From: Sphyrna mokarran
Lineage: Eukaryota
NCBI GenBank assembly: GCA_024679065.1
Contig: JAGIQG010000001.1
Span: 153,698,001 to 153,762,000, forward strand
Reading direction: 5' to 3'
DNA length: 64,000 nucleotides
In this document: piece by piece, positions 49,610-61,939 of the stretch
Numbering within the stretch: the stretch's first letter is position 1
How the letters are laid out: each line of letters opens with the position of its first letter
Program-made: the position numbers and the translations under genes
The notes under the pieces: generated by a model
Seen by the model: only the letters and a program-made list of their open reading frames with translations
The model's database searches: none
What the model was told of the DNA's origin: nothing

Positions 49610-49920
49610 CATAGAATAATAAAATCCGACAGTGCAGAAGGAAGCCATTCAGCTTATCGAGTCTGCACCAACTACAATCCCACCAAGGCCCTTTCCCCAT
49701 CCATTTACCCTAGCTAGGCCCCCTGACATTAAGGGGCAATTTAGCCTGGCCAATCCACCTAACCCACACACCTTTGGACTATGGGAGGTAACCAGAGTAC
49801 CTAGAAGAAATGCATACCAACATGGAGAGAATCCACACAGACAGTGACTCAAGCTGGGAATTGAACCCAGGTCCCTGGTGCTGTAAGGAGGCATGCTAAT
49901 CATTGAGACTCTGTGCTGCC
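49610..49920 (-). mobile_element. HE1-type V-SINE
   Basis: B box GGGTTCAATTCCC, V domain and CR1 tail on the reverse strand. Confidence 0.85.
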
Positions 49921-50399
49921 TCAATGGTAAACTTGTACAATTTACCATTAAAAAGTTAAAGTTCAGTTTATAAAATGCCTTCCTTTAAAACAACGTGTTC
50001 CTCAAACTAAGAATTATGGCAACTGAGCTTAGCCAGGGATAGTTTCTGCTTTAATAAAACTTGTGAACAGAGTAATCAAGAATCCTTGGTGATCTGATAA
50101 TGACCAGCTACAACTCCAAGACTCAAAAAGAAAATCATTTCTCGCAACAGGTTAGGAGCAATCATGATCTGCAGTGCTGACATCAATCATTGGCTTATTT
50201 TCCAATGACCCTTTAATTAATTGCTCCTGCCCAAAATAAACATAGTACCAAGACACAGGGCAAGGCCGGAATACTAATTAAGTACTTTATGTTTAACTAA
50301 GGACGAAGGTGCTAACAACATAATCAGTAAATGCACAGATGGTAGAGGCAATGGATGGAGTGAGTATTGAAATGCAATTATACTTGGAGACTGGCTATA

Positions 50400-52670
50400 C
50401 TGAGAGTGGATAGGTCAGCTCACACAACATACTTGCATCCCTGATTATGAAGGGAAGTGGGGGTGGGCACAGTGGGAAGGTTCACCATAATCTTCCAATC
50501 TTCCCTGAATATGGTGTGGAGGTGCCAGGGGGTTGGAAAGTAGTAAACGTGACACCCGTATTCCAGTAAGAGTGTAAAGACTATACCAGTAATTACAAGT
50601 CAATCAGTTTATCATCTGCAGTGGGTAAGATTTTAAAATAACAATCAGGAAAAAATAAACAGTTACATACTTGCAGAGGTTTGAGTTAAGGGAGAACAAG
50701 CAGATATTTATATAAGGCAGATCACATTTGGTGAATTCAATTGAATTCAATGATGAATTAACCAAGAAAATTCACAGAAATACAGAATACTACAGTACCG
50801 GAGAGACCTTTCGGCCCACCGAGTTTGCACCAACACATGAAATGCCTGACCTGCCCACCTAATCCCACTTGCCAGCACTTGGCCCATAGTCTCAAATGTT
50901 ATGGCATGCCAGTACTCATCCAGGTACTTTCTAAAGGATGTGAAGCATCTTGCCTCCACAATCCTTCCAGGCAATGCATTCCAGACTTATGAGTAAAAAT
51001 GTTTTTCCTCAAATCCCCCCTAAACCTCTCCCTTCTCACTTTTAACTTGTGTCCCCTTGTAACTGACTCTTCAAATAAGGAGAACAGTTGCTCCCTCTCC
51101 ACCCTGTCCATGCCCCTCATAATCTTGAGCACCTCAATCACATTGCTCCCTCAGTCTTTTCTGCTCCAATGAAAATAACCCAAGCTTAGCCAACCTCTCT
51201 TGTAACTCTTTGCCACCCCAGTGGCCAGGAAGAGATTAAAAATTTGGATCAGAGCCCCTGCAATTTCCTTTTTTGTTTCCCACAACAGCCTGGGCCATAA
51301 TTCATCCAGATCTGGAGTCTTGTCCACTTTTAAGTTCCAATATCTCCAATACCTTGTAACTCCCTATGATTATTTTCTTTAGAGCCTCACAATCTCTTTC
51401 CCCGAGTTCCATAATTACCTCCTCATTCGCATGGGTAAAAACAGATGTGAAATATTCATTTAACACCCTATCAATGTTCTTTGCCTCCACTCAAAGATTT
51501 CCCCCTTGGTGGCTAATGGGCCTTACTCTTTCCCTGGTCATCCCATCTCCATAGATATAATTGATACAATGAGAAGGAAAAGAGAGGCTTTTAATAAGTA
51601 TAAGGGGAATAAGTTTGTAGAGACATTAGTGGAGTACAGAAAGTGCAAGGTGGAGCTTGAGAAATCATTTAGGAGAGCAAAGAGGGGATATGAAAAAGCT
51701 CTGTCTGATAAAAATAGGGAAAATCCTAAGATATCTATAAATATATCAATGGGCAGAGGAAAATTCATGAAGTTTGAGTTTATTTATTTGTGTCACAAAT
51801 ATGCTTACCTTAATACTGCAATGAAGTTACTGTGAAAATCCCATAGCTGCCACACTCAGATGCCTGTTCAGGTAAACTGAGGGAGAATTTTGCATGATCA
51901 ATGCACCTAACCTGCACATCTTTCAGACTGTGGAGAAAATCCATGATAAGGAATAAGAAATATAGACTTGATGCCACAGTTGTAAAGAATGTGAGTGACA
52001 GCAGAGGGGGGTTTGTGTGCATTGAGCTCTGAAGGTTGCAACACATAATGAGCGAATAGATAGCAAAGCAAATTGCAAAGACAGAGGTATTAAGTAAACC
52101 TTTATAGAACTCTGGTTAGGCCACAACCAGAGCAGTGTGCCCAGTTCTGCTGACCTGACTTTCGGAATGATTGAAGGTCTTTGAGAGGGTGCAGAGGAGA
52201 TTTACCAGCATGGTTCCAGGAATGGAGGTCTTGGGTACAAGGTTAAGTTGGAGATGTTAGGGTTTCTCTCCTTGGAGCAAAGGGGCTTGAGAAGAGATCA
52301 GATTGAGGGGTACAACATTATGATATGTTTATATAAGATAGACAAGAAAGAGCTGTTCCCATTCGCTGAGATATAGGAATAAAGACTAGGGCACATTAAT
52401 TTAAAGTTTTGAGCAAAAATATAGAGGAAATAGAGGAAAAGCATTTTTATACAGGGAGTGGTAATGACCTGGTACTCACTATCTGTGAAGCTGGTGGAAG
52501 TGGAGACAATGAATGATTTCAAAAGGAAATTGAATGGGGATTTGAGAAGAAGAAACCTACATGGCTATGGGGATAGAGTGATGGAATGGAACTGACCAAA
52601 TTGCTCTACCAACAGCCAGCATGGACCCAAATGCTGAATAGCTTCTTCATATGCCATAATGACTCTGGAC
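50400..52670. mobile_element. Mosaic of CR1 fragments in both orientations, plus a V-SINE tail at about 51775-51930
   Basis: Plus-strand RT piece 50400-50760; minus 3' end 50770-51200 (IEVLKIMRGMDRV); minus 51210-51560 (LNEYFTSVFT); plus 51565-51760 and 51940-52670. Confidence 0.8.
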
Positions 52671-54134
52671 TCCATGGCCTGGATCATCACCAAGTTGAGC
52701 TGATTCGGGAAGCATTTAAAAATGGCAGGTGAGTCTCAATTCTGAGATTCCTACCCCCATTCCCATTTCCATCAATTTTCACCAGCACAGGATAGGGGTA
52801 CAGGTAGCCAGCCTGCACACATCACTCCCACTTTTTCCAGTTCCACTGAGATGTTGGACAGTTTAAACTATGAGGGAACATGTAGATACATTGGAGATGC
52901 AAGATGGCATAGGACTGTGGAAATATTGGAGAACACATGGGCATGGCAGAAATGGGGCATTGGATAGGGTATTGGAGAGGGCATGGAAGATACAAAGGGC
53001 CTGTGCTGAGAGGGAACAGAGGGGATTGGGAATTTGAGGGGAAGAAGGGTGTTGTGGAAATATATATGGGGGCATGGGGAGTGAGAGAATGGATAGAGGG
53101 TGTCAGGAGGTGAAGATTTGAAAGCTTGACATTCATGATTACATCTGAGATGATGTCCCAGTAAATAGAATCAGACAGCTAATCTCACCATTCACCCATT
53201 TCCATTGCCACCTCAGGCCTGCTTCCACCACTGGCCTCCAGATGCTAGGCTTCAAGTTCTAGAATTCCTCCTATTTATTCTTCCTATTTAACTCACATCC
53301 CCCCTTTAAGGCAACCTTAAAATCTACAACTTTTATTGAGCATCTTGCCTAATATCTCCTTGCTCAAATTGCCACACTATCAGTAAATAACTAGCCATCT
53401 TTAAAGAGCTCAGAGAGAATAAGAGATGAATCAGGATAGCAATTGCCGGTAGCCCTCCCCTTTCTGAAGGAGGAGCCTCCCTACCTCCCTGATCCAAAAA
53501 TGAACATGAGATACTTATGAGCCCACTATGTAACTTGATGTCAAACATTGGTTGATAATACTCCTGTGAAGCACCTCGAGATGTTAAAAGCGCTATCTAA
53601 ATGCTGTTACCGATATTTAATATAGCAGGATTAATGGGTTAAGTTATAAACTAGTTTGTTTTCAGATGAGTTTGAAGAGTGATTGAAGTGAAGTTTTAAA
53701 ATCCCAAGGATTTAGTAGGATAATTAAGTAGGACCTATTTCCTGTGATGCAGACCTTAGGACGAGAGGGCACTGTATTTGGGTTTTAACCTTCCAGATCA
53801 TTCCAGAGTGAAATCAGGATGCATATTCTCACATAAAGTTTAGTAAGAATTGGAAACTATTTCTTAAAGTTTGTGGATGCTGCAATAATTGGTGGTTTAC
53901 AGAATGAGTTGATAGATTTTTATTGGATAAGTTTGGCAAGGAATACAGATCAAAGTGGAGAAATTGGGCTGGGATACAGATCAACCATGATCTAACTGGA
54001 CAGTGGAATAGGGTCAAGAGACTGAAAGGCCCTCTTCTCTTCCTATGTGCTATATAGTAAGGAAAACCTGAGTGACCAAGGAATGAACCTGTCTCAGGAT
54101 GCCAATTATCTACTATATGATGCTTGTGGTGATC

Positions 54135-54460
54135 CCATAGAAACCATAGAAGCTCTGTACTGCAGAAGAAGGTCATTTGACCCATTGAACGATCCCTCCT
54201 AGTCTTTACTCCTGTAACCTCACATACTTACCCATTAATCCCACTAACCTACGCATACCAGGACATTCAGGGGCAATTTTGCATGGCCAATGCATCTGAC
54301 CTGCACATCTTTGGACTGTGGGAGGAAATTGGAGCGCCCAAAAGAAACCCATGCAAACATGGGAGAATGTGCAAACTCCACATAGACAGTGACCCAAGCC
54401 AGGAATTGAACCCAGGTCCCTGGAGCTGTGAGGCAGCTGTGCTAACCACTGTGCCACCAT
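54135..54460 (-). mobile_element. HE1-type V-SINE
   Basis: Intact head ATGGTGGCACAGTGGTTAGCACAGCTGCCTCACAG, B box, V domain and tail. Confidence 0.9.
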
Positions 54461-54622
54461 GCTACTCTTTTTTTTGTCCCATTGTTCTCATTGTATCTCC
54501 TCAACAGCAGCTAACCCTGATTATTCCAGGTTTCTGCTGCTATTCCTGTTGATCTATCCAAAGGAGTAATCCCATTGATCCATCCAAAAGGATAATCCCA
54601 TATATGGCCCCCATGTTAATTA

Positions 54623-54805
54623 TGATGTAGAGATGCCGGCGTTGGACTGGGGTAAACACAGTATGAAGTCTGACAACACCAGATCTGAGATCAGAACACC
54701 TCATTCACCTGACGAAGACCATAGAGTCGAAACTTGCGAGTTTACTATCAAATAAATTGCTTGGATTTAAACCTGATGTTGTCAGACTTTTTACTGTGTT
54801 TACCT
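54623..54805. mobile_element. Penelope-derived foldback element with hammerhead core and 11-bp TSD
   Basis: 34-bp inverted arms 54649-54682 / 54773-54806 (30/34); CTGACGA..GAAA at 54709-54732; flanking direct repeat CATGTTAATTA at 54612-54622 and 54806-54816. Confidence 0.8.
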
Positions 54806-56219
54806 CATGTTAATTAGCCAGTGCTTAATGATGGCAAGGCCATAAAATAAATTACAAAGAGGCCAACTGAAAACTCAGAAGCAGTTTCAAAATGCACTTC
54901 TCACAATGACATACCTTTCTATGCAGGTACGTGGGTGGCCTTATAAATACAGCTGCCACCTTGTGACTTGGTTTCTGAAGTATTGCCAAGTGAGTTTTCT
55001 ATTGGCTTTATGATGATTTGGACCCTTTATGTGAACCCGTTCAGGAGGCAATTATTGCTTTTCAGTTGGCCCTTTCCTGACCTCAGTTAGATGTGAAGTT
55101 AAAATGGTGGTTGATGAGTTTCTGGTTGGAATGGGATAGCGAATAATTTTTTTTCTATCTCATTTTCCCACCCATTCTATTAACTGCTGTTGGGTTGGGT
55201 TAAAATCAAGGTTAGATGTAAGTTTTTAGTCAACCAGGCTAAGTACAACCTATTATCAATCTCCAGTTTGTTCTCTTCTACATGCCAACTCCCACAATGA
55301 TTAGCCAGCAATTGTCGGGGGTAGGGGTGGGAAGAGATTTTCACCCTGGAGCCCTTGATCCCAAGGAAGACCGCTTAAGTGTTTGACCAGCACTTATTAC
55401 GGTGGGTATTCCTTAAAGGAGGCAACAGGGGTCTTATGCCCAGTGGGTATCACCTGGATTAAATTGTAACCAATCTGTGTAAAGGTGACTTCTAGAAGCA
55501 GAAAATGTTACATCATCTGTAGCGGCTATTCATTAAAGAAGATCCTGATAGATTCAAGACTTGTACTAATGGCATAAAATCTTTCTTTTGGAATAAAGAC
55601 CTCGATATTAATACTCATTTTTAGCTTACTTAGATCAATTGTATTTCTGGTCATTGCTAAAAGATAGAATGTAATAAGTACTGGTGTGGGTTTACATAAA
55701 CACTCAACAAAAGAATCAGATTAAATTGTCTGAGAAAAAACATTAAACGAATAATGTTCCAGTATTAGTGGTAATAAAGACAATAAACTATGACCATTTG
55801 CTGTAATCACTTCTCTAAAACTGACAACAACTTTTCAAGCCCACACATTTTCAGTTAAATATAAAAATCCACAAGTTGCTGCCTGTGAGTTTTCAGTTCT
55901 CCAGAGGGTACTCTGTTGAAGACCCTGCAGGCTGCAATCAATTAGAAATCACTGAACTGATGCAAACTTGCCATTTTGCACTATTAGTCCCACTGTAAAA
56001 AATGCTTGAGTAAGTTGCACTTTGTTGAATAAGATGTAACTGGGGTTTTATTGCAATACTAAGTACATGATTACTGCTAAACAACCTCACTGCAACCGGA
56101 AAACTAATTTTAAATTCATGGATGTCAAATTTTTCCTATAAAATAAAACAATTAGATTTATAAAATATGGTATTGCTTCCTTCATTCTTTGCGTACATCC
56201 AACTGATTTATTTCATACA

Positions 56220-56548
56220 GTTATAGAATCCCTACAGTATAGAAGGGCGCCATTTGGCCCATCAAATCTGTACCGACTACAATCCCACCCAGAATATGTT
56301 GGTACCTATTCCTGTAATCCCACGCATTTACCCTGCTAATACCCCTGACACTAGAGTCAATTTAGCATAACCAATCAACCTAACCCGCATATCTTTTGGA
56401 CTGTGGGAGGAAACCGGAGCACCCGGAGGTAAGCCACACAGACATAAGGAGAAAGTGCAAATTCCACACTTGTGGAGCGACCCGAAGCCAGAATTGAACC
56501 AGGGTCCCTGTGAGGCAGCAGTGCTAATCACTGTTCCACTGTGCTTGC
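56220..56548 (-). mobile_element. HE1-type V-SINE
   Basis: V domain CCTCCGGGTGCTCCGGTTTCCTCCCACAGTCCAAAAG on the reverse strand, with head and tail. Confidence 0.88.
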
Positions 56549-56549
56549 C

Positions 56550-57190
56550 CCTTTAATTCATCTGCCATCACCTTACTTTCCACTGTGAATTTCCCAGATG
56601 TACATTCTATAGCACACTCACTCACTTTGTTAATGTTTTTAAAATTCAATTATCTATATAAACTCTTACTATCCATCTTTATATTAATGGTTAGCTTTCT
56701 CTTGTACCCTAGTTTTCCCCTCCTTATCAATCTTTTTCTCATTCTTTTGTGTTCTTTATATTCTTTTCAATCTTTTAACCTGCCGCTCATCTTTGCGAAA
56801 ATCCATGCTCTTTCTTTCAGTTTAATGCTGTCTTTAACTTTTCCTGTTATCCATGGATGACAGGCCTTCCACTTGGAATTTTTCTTTCTCATTGGAATGA
56901 GTCTATTCTGTTATATCCTTTGAAACATCTGCCACTGCATCTTATTGATTTATCCCTGAAGCACATTTGCCAGTTCATTTTAGCTAACTCCACTTCCATG
57001 CCCTCTTAACTACTCTGATTTAAGATTCAAAAGTGCCTTGGACATACACTTCTCTCCGTCAAACTGAATGTAAAGTATCAATCATATTATGATTGTTGCT
57101 GCCTTGGACTGTATTCATTACGAGGTTATCAAATAATCCTATCTCACTGCACAATACCAGGTCTAGTATAGCTTGGCCTCTGGTTGGCCC
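56550..57190 (-). mobile_element. Decayed CR1 (APE end and linker)
   Basis: CAATACCAGGTCTAGTATAG (reverse: ILDLVL) and ATCCATGG (reverse: PWI) remnants. Confidence 0.6.
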
Positions 57191-57339
57191 CATAACTGTA
57201 AAGTCCTAACTATGATACCAAAAAGAAAAAGACGTGATTTGCACATGTAGATTCAAATAACAAATTACAGGTTTATTGAAAGGAATGTTCTCTGCAAAGA
57301 ACAGATACTGAAACTAAACAGCAGCCTGTGAAACACCCC

Positions 57340-57619
57340 AATGACATCACTATCAAATCATGTGACTGGCTTTTAAAGCAATCATGCAACTGCTTAAAGA
57401 TATAACATCCCTCTCCATTACCTCTGTAGAGATGACAACAAATTACTATAATGGTGTACATACTATCAGTAATACTCTGGACACAGTACTATGTATCATT
57501 AATTATTATACACAATCAATAAGAAAATCAATCAAGAGGATATCTATTCCTAATGACATCACCATCAAATCATGTAACTGGCTCTTAAAGCAATCATGCA
57601 ACTACTTAAATGTATAACA
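57340..57619 (+). repeat. 68-bp direct repeat pair (57340-57407, 57552-57619)
   Basis: AATGACATCACYATCAAATCATGTRACTGGCTYTTAAAGCAATCATGCAACTRCTTAAA..TATAACA occurs twice, offset 212. Confidence 0.9.
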
Positions 57620-57711
57620 ATAATGTATTATTCAAAGATACTGTCCTGAAAACATTCTCTGAGCTCTTCACCTCCACTACCTTAGTCCATCTGACTTTTC
57701 CATTCTATATG

Positions 57712-58375
57712 ACATCACAGGTGGATAGGGTTGTAAAGAGTGCTGTTGGTACATTGGCCTTTATAAATTAGATATTGAGTATAAAAGTTAGAATGTTATG
57801 ATAAGGTTATATAAGGCATTGCTGAGGCTGAATTTAGAGTATTGTGTACAATTTTGGTCACCTAGTTACAGGAAGGATGTAAATACAGTTGAAAGAGTGC
57901 AGAGAAAGTTCACAAGGATGTTGCCGGGACTTGAGAAGCTGAATTACACAGAGAGATTGAAGAGGTTAGGACTTTATTCCCTGGAGCATAGAAGACTGAA
58001 GGGAGATTTGATAGAGATAAGATTTTGATAGGTATAGATAGACTGAATGCAAGCAGGTTTTTTTCCATTGAAGTTAGGGGAGAAAAAAACCAGAGGGCAT
58101 TGGTTAAGGGTGAAAGCAGAAAAGTTTAAAGGGAATATTGTGGCAGGGGAGCTTCTTCACACAGAGAGTGGTGGAAGTGTGGAATGAGCTGCCAGATAAA
58201 GTGGTAAATACAGGGTCACTTTTAACATTTAAGAAAAGTTTGGACAGGTTCATGGATGAGACAGGTATGGAGAGGGGTATGGTTCAAGTGCAGGTCAGTG
58301 GGACAAGGCAAAAATGGTTCGACAAGAAGGGCCAAAAGGCCTCTTTCTGAGCTGTAAGTTTTCTATGATTCTATG
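57712..58375 (+). mobile_element. CR1 3' portion
   Basis: ORF 57798-58028 LYKALLRLNLEYCVQFWSP..ERVQRKFTRMLPGL; FTQRVVEVWNELP; TTCTATGATTCTATG tail. Confidence 0.9.
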
Positions 58376-59170
58376 TGAATTAAAATCTCCCATAATTATC
58401 ACTGTACCTTTCTGATGATTCCCCATGATCCCTCCTTTTATACTCTGTCCTACCATATAATTACTATTAGGGGGCCTGAACACCATTCCCACACGTGACA
58501 TTTTGCTTTTAGCGATACTCATCCTAACAGAAACTACTTCAATATCCTGGTTTCATAAACCTGCATCACCCCTCTCTAATGTGCTAATACCATCATTAAT
58601 TAACAAAGCCACCCCTCCACCTTTCCCTAACTGCTTCCTAAATATTACATACTCTCAATATTTGGGTCCCAATTTATGTCATCCTGTAGTTATGTCTCTG
58701 TAATGGGTACAAAATTCCACTTAATAATTTGTATTTGTGCTATCAGATCACCTGTTTTATTTTGAATGCTACTTGTATTCAGATTCATAATCTTTAGTTT
58801 TGTCCTTTTATTATTTTTGTAGCACCCAACCTTACCTGCTGATTTAGTTTTCTGCTCTTAGTTTTGCACTCTGTGTCCTTTCCTGCTACCATTTATCTTT
58901 TCCTATATTAGTGTTTTTCTCTCTTGCCTTGTCTCTACTTTTCTGATATACTACATCTCCATAAACTTGATGCTTTGCCCTCACTAGTTAGTCTACAATT
59001 CTCTGTATTTCCCTGGTTATGCAGCTCACTAGAACATCAGCCCAGCACGGTTCGTGTGCAGATTGTCCAACAATGAAGATTGCACTTTCCCCAGTAAAGA
59101 TACAAGTGCTCCACAAACTGCACCACAGTTCTCCTAGGCCAGTTTTTGAGCCACACATTCATCTCTCTAA
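58375..59170 (-). mobile_element. Decayed CR1 5' part (ORF1 end and APE)
   Basis: ORF 58295-58522 reads VFRPPNS..IIMGDFN. Confidence 0.7.
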
Positions 59171-59174
59171 TTTT

Positions 59175-59600
59175 ATCATGTGAGGAAAACCTTTATACCC
59201 AGAGGGTGGTGACAGTCTGGAATGTGCTGTCAGGGAGGGCGGTAGAGGAAGGTTGTCTCACAACCTTTAAAAAGTATCTGGATGAGCACTTGGCATATCT
59301 TACCATTCAAGACTATGGGCCAAGTGCTGGTAAATGGGATTAGATGGGAGGTCATGTGTTTCTTCTGTGCTAGGCAGACTCAATGGACCGAAGGGCCTCT
59401 TCTACACTGTATGATTTTACGATTCAGAGATGTGTAGGTCAGGTTGATTGGCCATGCTAAATTGCCCCTTAGTGTTGTGGGGGAGGGGGGGGGCTGGTAG
59501 GGTACATACATGGGTTACAGAGGTTGGATCTGAGTGAGATTATTGTCACTGCAGGCTTGATGGGCCAAACAGCCTTCTTCTACACTGTAGGGATTCTATG
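59175..59600 (+). mobile_element. CR1 3' end followed by the 3' half of an HE1-type SINE
   Basis: YTQRVVTVWNVL with GAAGGGCCTCTTCTACACTG terminus; then GGTTGATTGGCCATGCTAAATTGCCCCTTAGTGT..GTAGGGATTCTATG. Confidence 0.8.
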
Positions 59601-60809
59601 TCCAGCACTTTACGACCTCACTCAGGCCAGACTTGGAAAATCCTGCCCAAGGCTAATGGAGCATTCCATTCTGTAAACTGTGCCTACCCAGATTCCAGGG
59701 TGGGCGTGGTGGTAAAATTCTGGCCCATGGTTCTATTTATCCTATGCTAATTTGTATATGGCTCAGGTAATAATCCAAGAATTATTACCTTTGAGGTTCG
59801 ACTTCTAATTTGGTGTCTATCTCTTCATATTGACTATGCAGAACCTCCTTAGTACCAACATGGACCATAACCACTGGATGCCTGGTTGGGAACTACCGAC
59901 CTACATTATGATAGCTGCACAATGCCGGTAACACATACCAACTGCTTTGCACAACCCCCAAACCCTGCCCTTTACTTTAATGCCTTACATATCTATTATT
60001 TTCAACAGGACTTCACACAGACAGATCAATGGTTAATTTTGTGCTATTGGCCCAAAGAGCACAACTATGTTAACTATGTGGCTCAATATCTAGGTTTCCT
60101 TATGCCCCTGTGCGGTGCCTTTGCAGGCTTTCCTATGTTAACAATGCAATGGAAATGCAAAGCTGTTACAGTACACATGTTGGGGGAAACTGTGTCAAAT
60201 TGCATTCCAGAAAATTCAAATCATAGCAGGAAAAGTATCAATAAAATCTATGCTGTTATATTGACTGAAATAAGAAAAGAATATTAGAAACTCATAAAAT
60301 CAACTAAATGAATTAAACATTGAAATATAATTGAATATCTTCTCATCCACATTATAATACCAGTTCATCTCTTAGCTATGCAACAGCAGAAAGGTTTTAT
60401 GACCTAAAATACTAGCGTGCTTGTAAGTTATTCCCTGGGAGTCGACAAACTGTTGATTTAACACTTTACTTTAGTCCAACAGCCCTATGAGATATTTCCT
60501 ATGCCCTGTCAGTCCTGATACTGATTGGAAATTATCAATGAATGTGCGGGATAATGAAGTCGCAACGCTGATATCATTCATTACATCTGGCTTCAAAACT
60601 GCTGATGTAGCTTTGGTGCCCAGAAAACATTGATGATATGGTAATTGCTGAGAATTTAATGCTGAAATTGCTGTGTCTACCAAAACTTGGTGTTCCAAAA
60701 CGATTCAGTACGATGTCCTTTCAATGATCTGTGCAATCTAATTAGGGAGAAGAGTGACAACAGGGACGTGAATGGACCTGCTGAGAAATAAGACTGTCTA
60801 GCACTAAAT

Positions 60810-61087
60810 AGGGCAGCACGGTGGCACAGTGGTTAACACTGCTGCCTCACAGCACTAGGGACCCAGGTTCGATTCCGGGCTTGGGTCACTGTCTGTGTGG
60901 AGTTTGCACGTTCTCCCTGTGTCTGTGTGGGTTTCCTCTGGGTGCTCTGGTTTCCTCCCACAGTCCAAAGGACGTGCAGATTAGGTGAATTCATCCAACC
61001 AAGTACTGGAATGTGGTGACGAGGGATTTTTATAGTAACTTCATTGTAGAATGAATGTAAGCCTACTTGTGACTAATAAACTTTAAC
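60810..61087 (+). mobile_element. V-SINE with alternative tail, well-preserved head
   Basis: GGGCAGCACGGTGGCACAGTGGTTA (A box), GGTTCGATTCC (B box), V domain, tail AGTAACTTCATTG..GTAAGCCTACTTGTGACTAATAAA. Confidence 0.9.
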
Positions 61088-61939
61088 TATTCCCCTTGCT
61101 GCTGCCTCAGCAGTGCCAATTCTGATTTCAGAACTGGAAGGTTAGTAGGCACTAGTGCCTATAATTGCATTGAGAAATAACCAAGAGATAATCCTTTACC
61201 TCATGTCACTGGAAATGCAGTGCCATTTGTGGGCAGCACCATTGTCTGTTCAGGCCATGAGTTGGGTATGTATTCCAGTGTTTACGCATTTATTCCAACC
61301 ACTAAGCTCATAACCCCGAAAGTGAAAATTGTGATCTTTTTAACACCATTTAACACAGGCAGCAACTTCTGCAAGCACTGTTGTTTTGGTACTGTGGCTG
61401 GTGTTCTAGAATGCATCACAGGACTGCACTCTAGAGATGCTTGAGAAAACAGGGACACAACTATTCCTAAATAAAATAATAATGTTTAATAGGAACAACA
61501 TCATTAGGAAGAAGGGAATCACAACTCAAATTCACCTTGAAGACTAAAGAACAATGTCTCAAGAAAGCTGCAGAAAAAAATAGTGGCTGTTCTTAAAAAG
61601 AAACAGTAAGATTTACTAAGCATTCAGAATCAGAACTGTTCGTGCTGTTAAAATATGGACTCATTCATTTTCCTACTGGTATCCCTCTGTTGATATATGT
61701 GTATTGAAATCTTAACTTGACAAAATGCACAATGCAATTTTCAATACACTAAATCTATCTCTGTCTCACTAAGTGAGAAATAGCATGTTTCGATGGTGTG
61801 TTTCCAAAAGTGTGTTTCCAAAAATAATAAACCTAGAGATCATTTGAACCTTGAACTTCACCAGTAGCACTTACATATTTTAACAATTAGTATTAATCGA
61901 ACAAAGCACTCGGTCATATGCAACTGAAAATAGTTTGCT

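Noticed and set aside
60470-60742. Possible minus-strand exon with a good pyrimidine tract
   Set aside because: Stops in all three frames after the acceptor and a weak donor; cannot be supported without transcript data.
60810-60885. tRNA gene
   Set aside because: The A/B boxes belong to the head of a V-SINE and run straight into the V domain.
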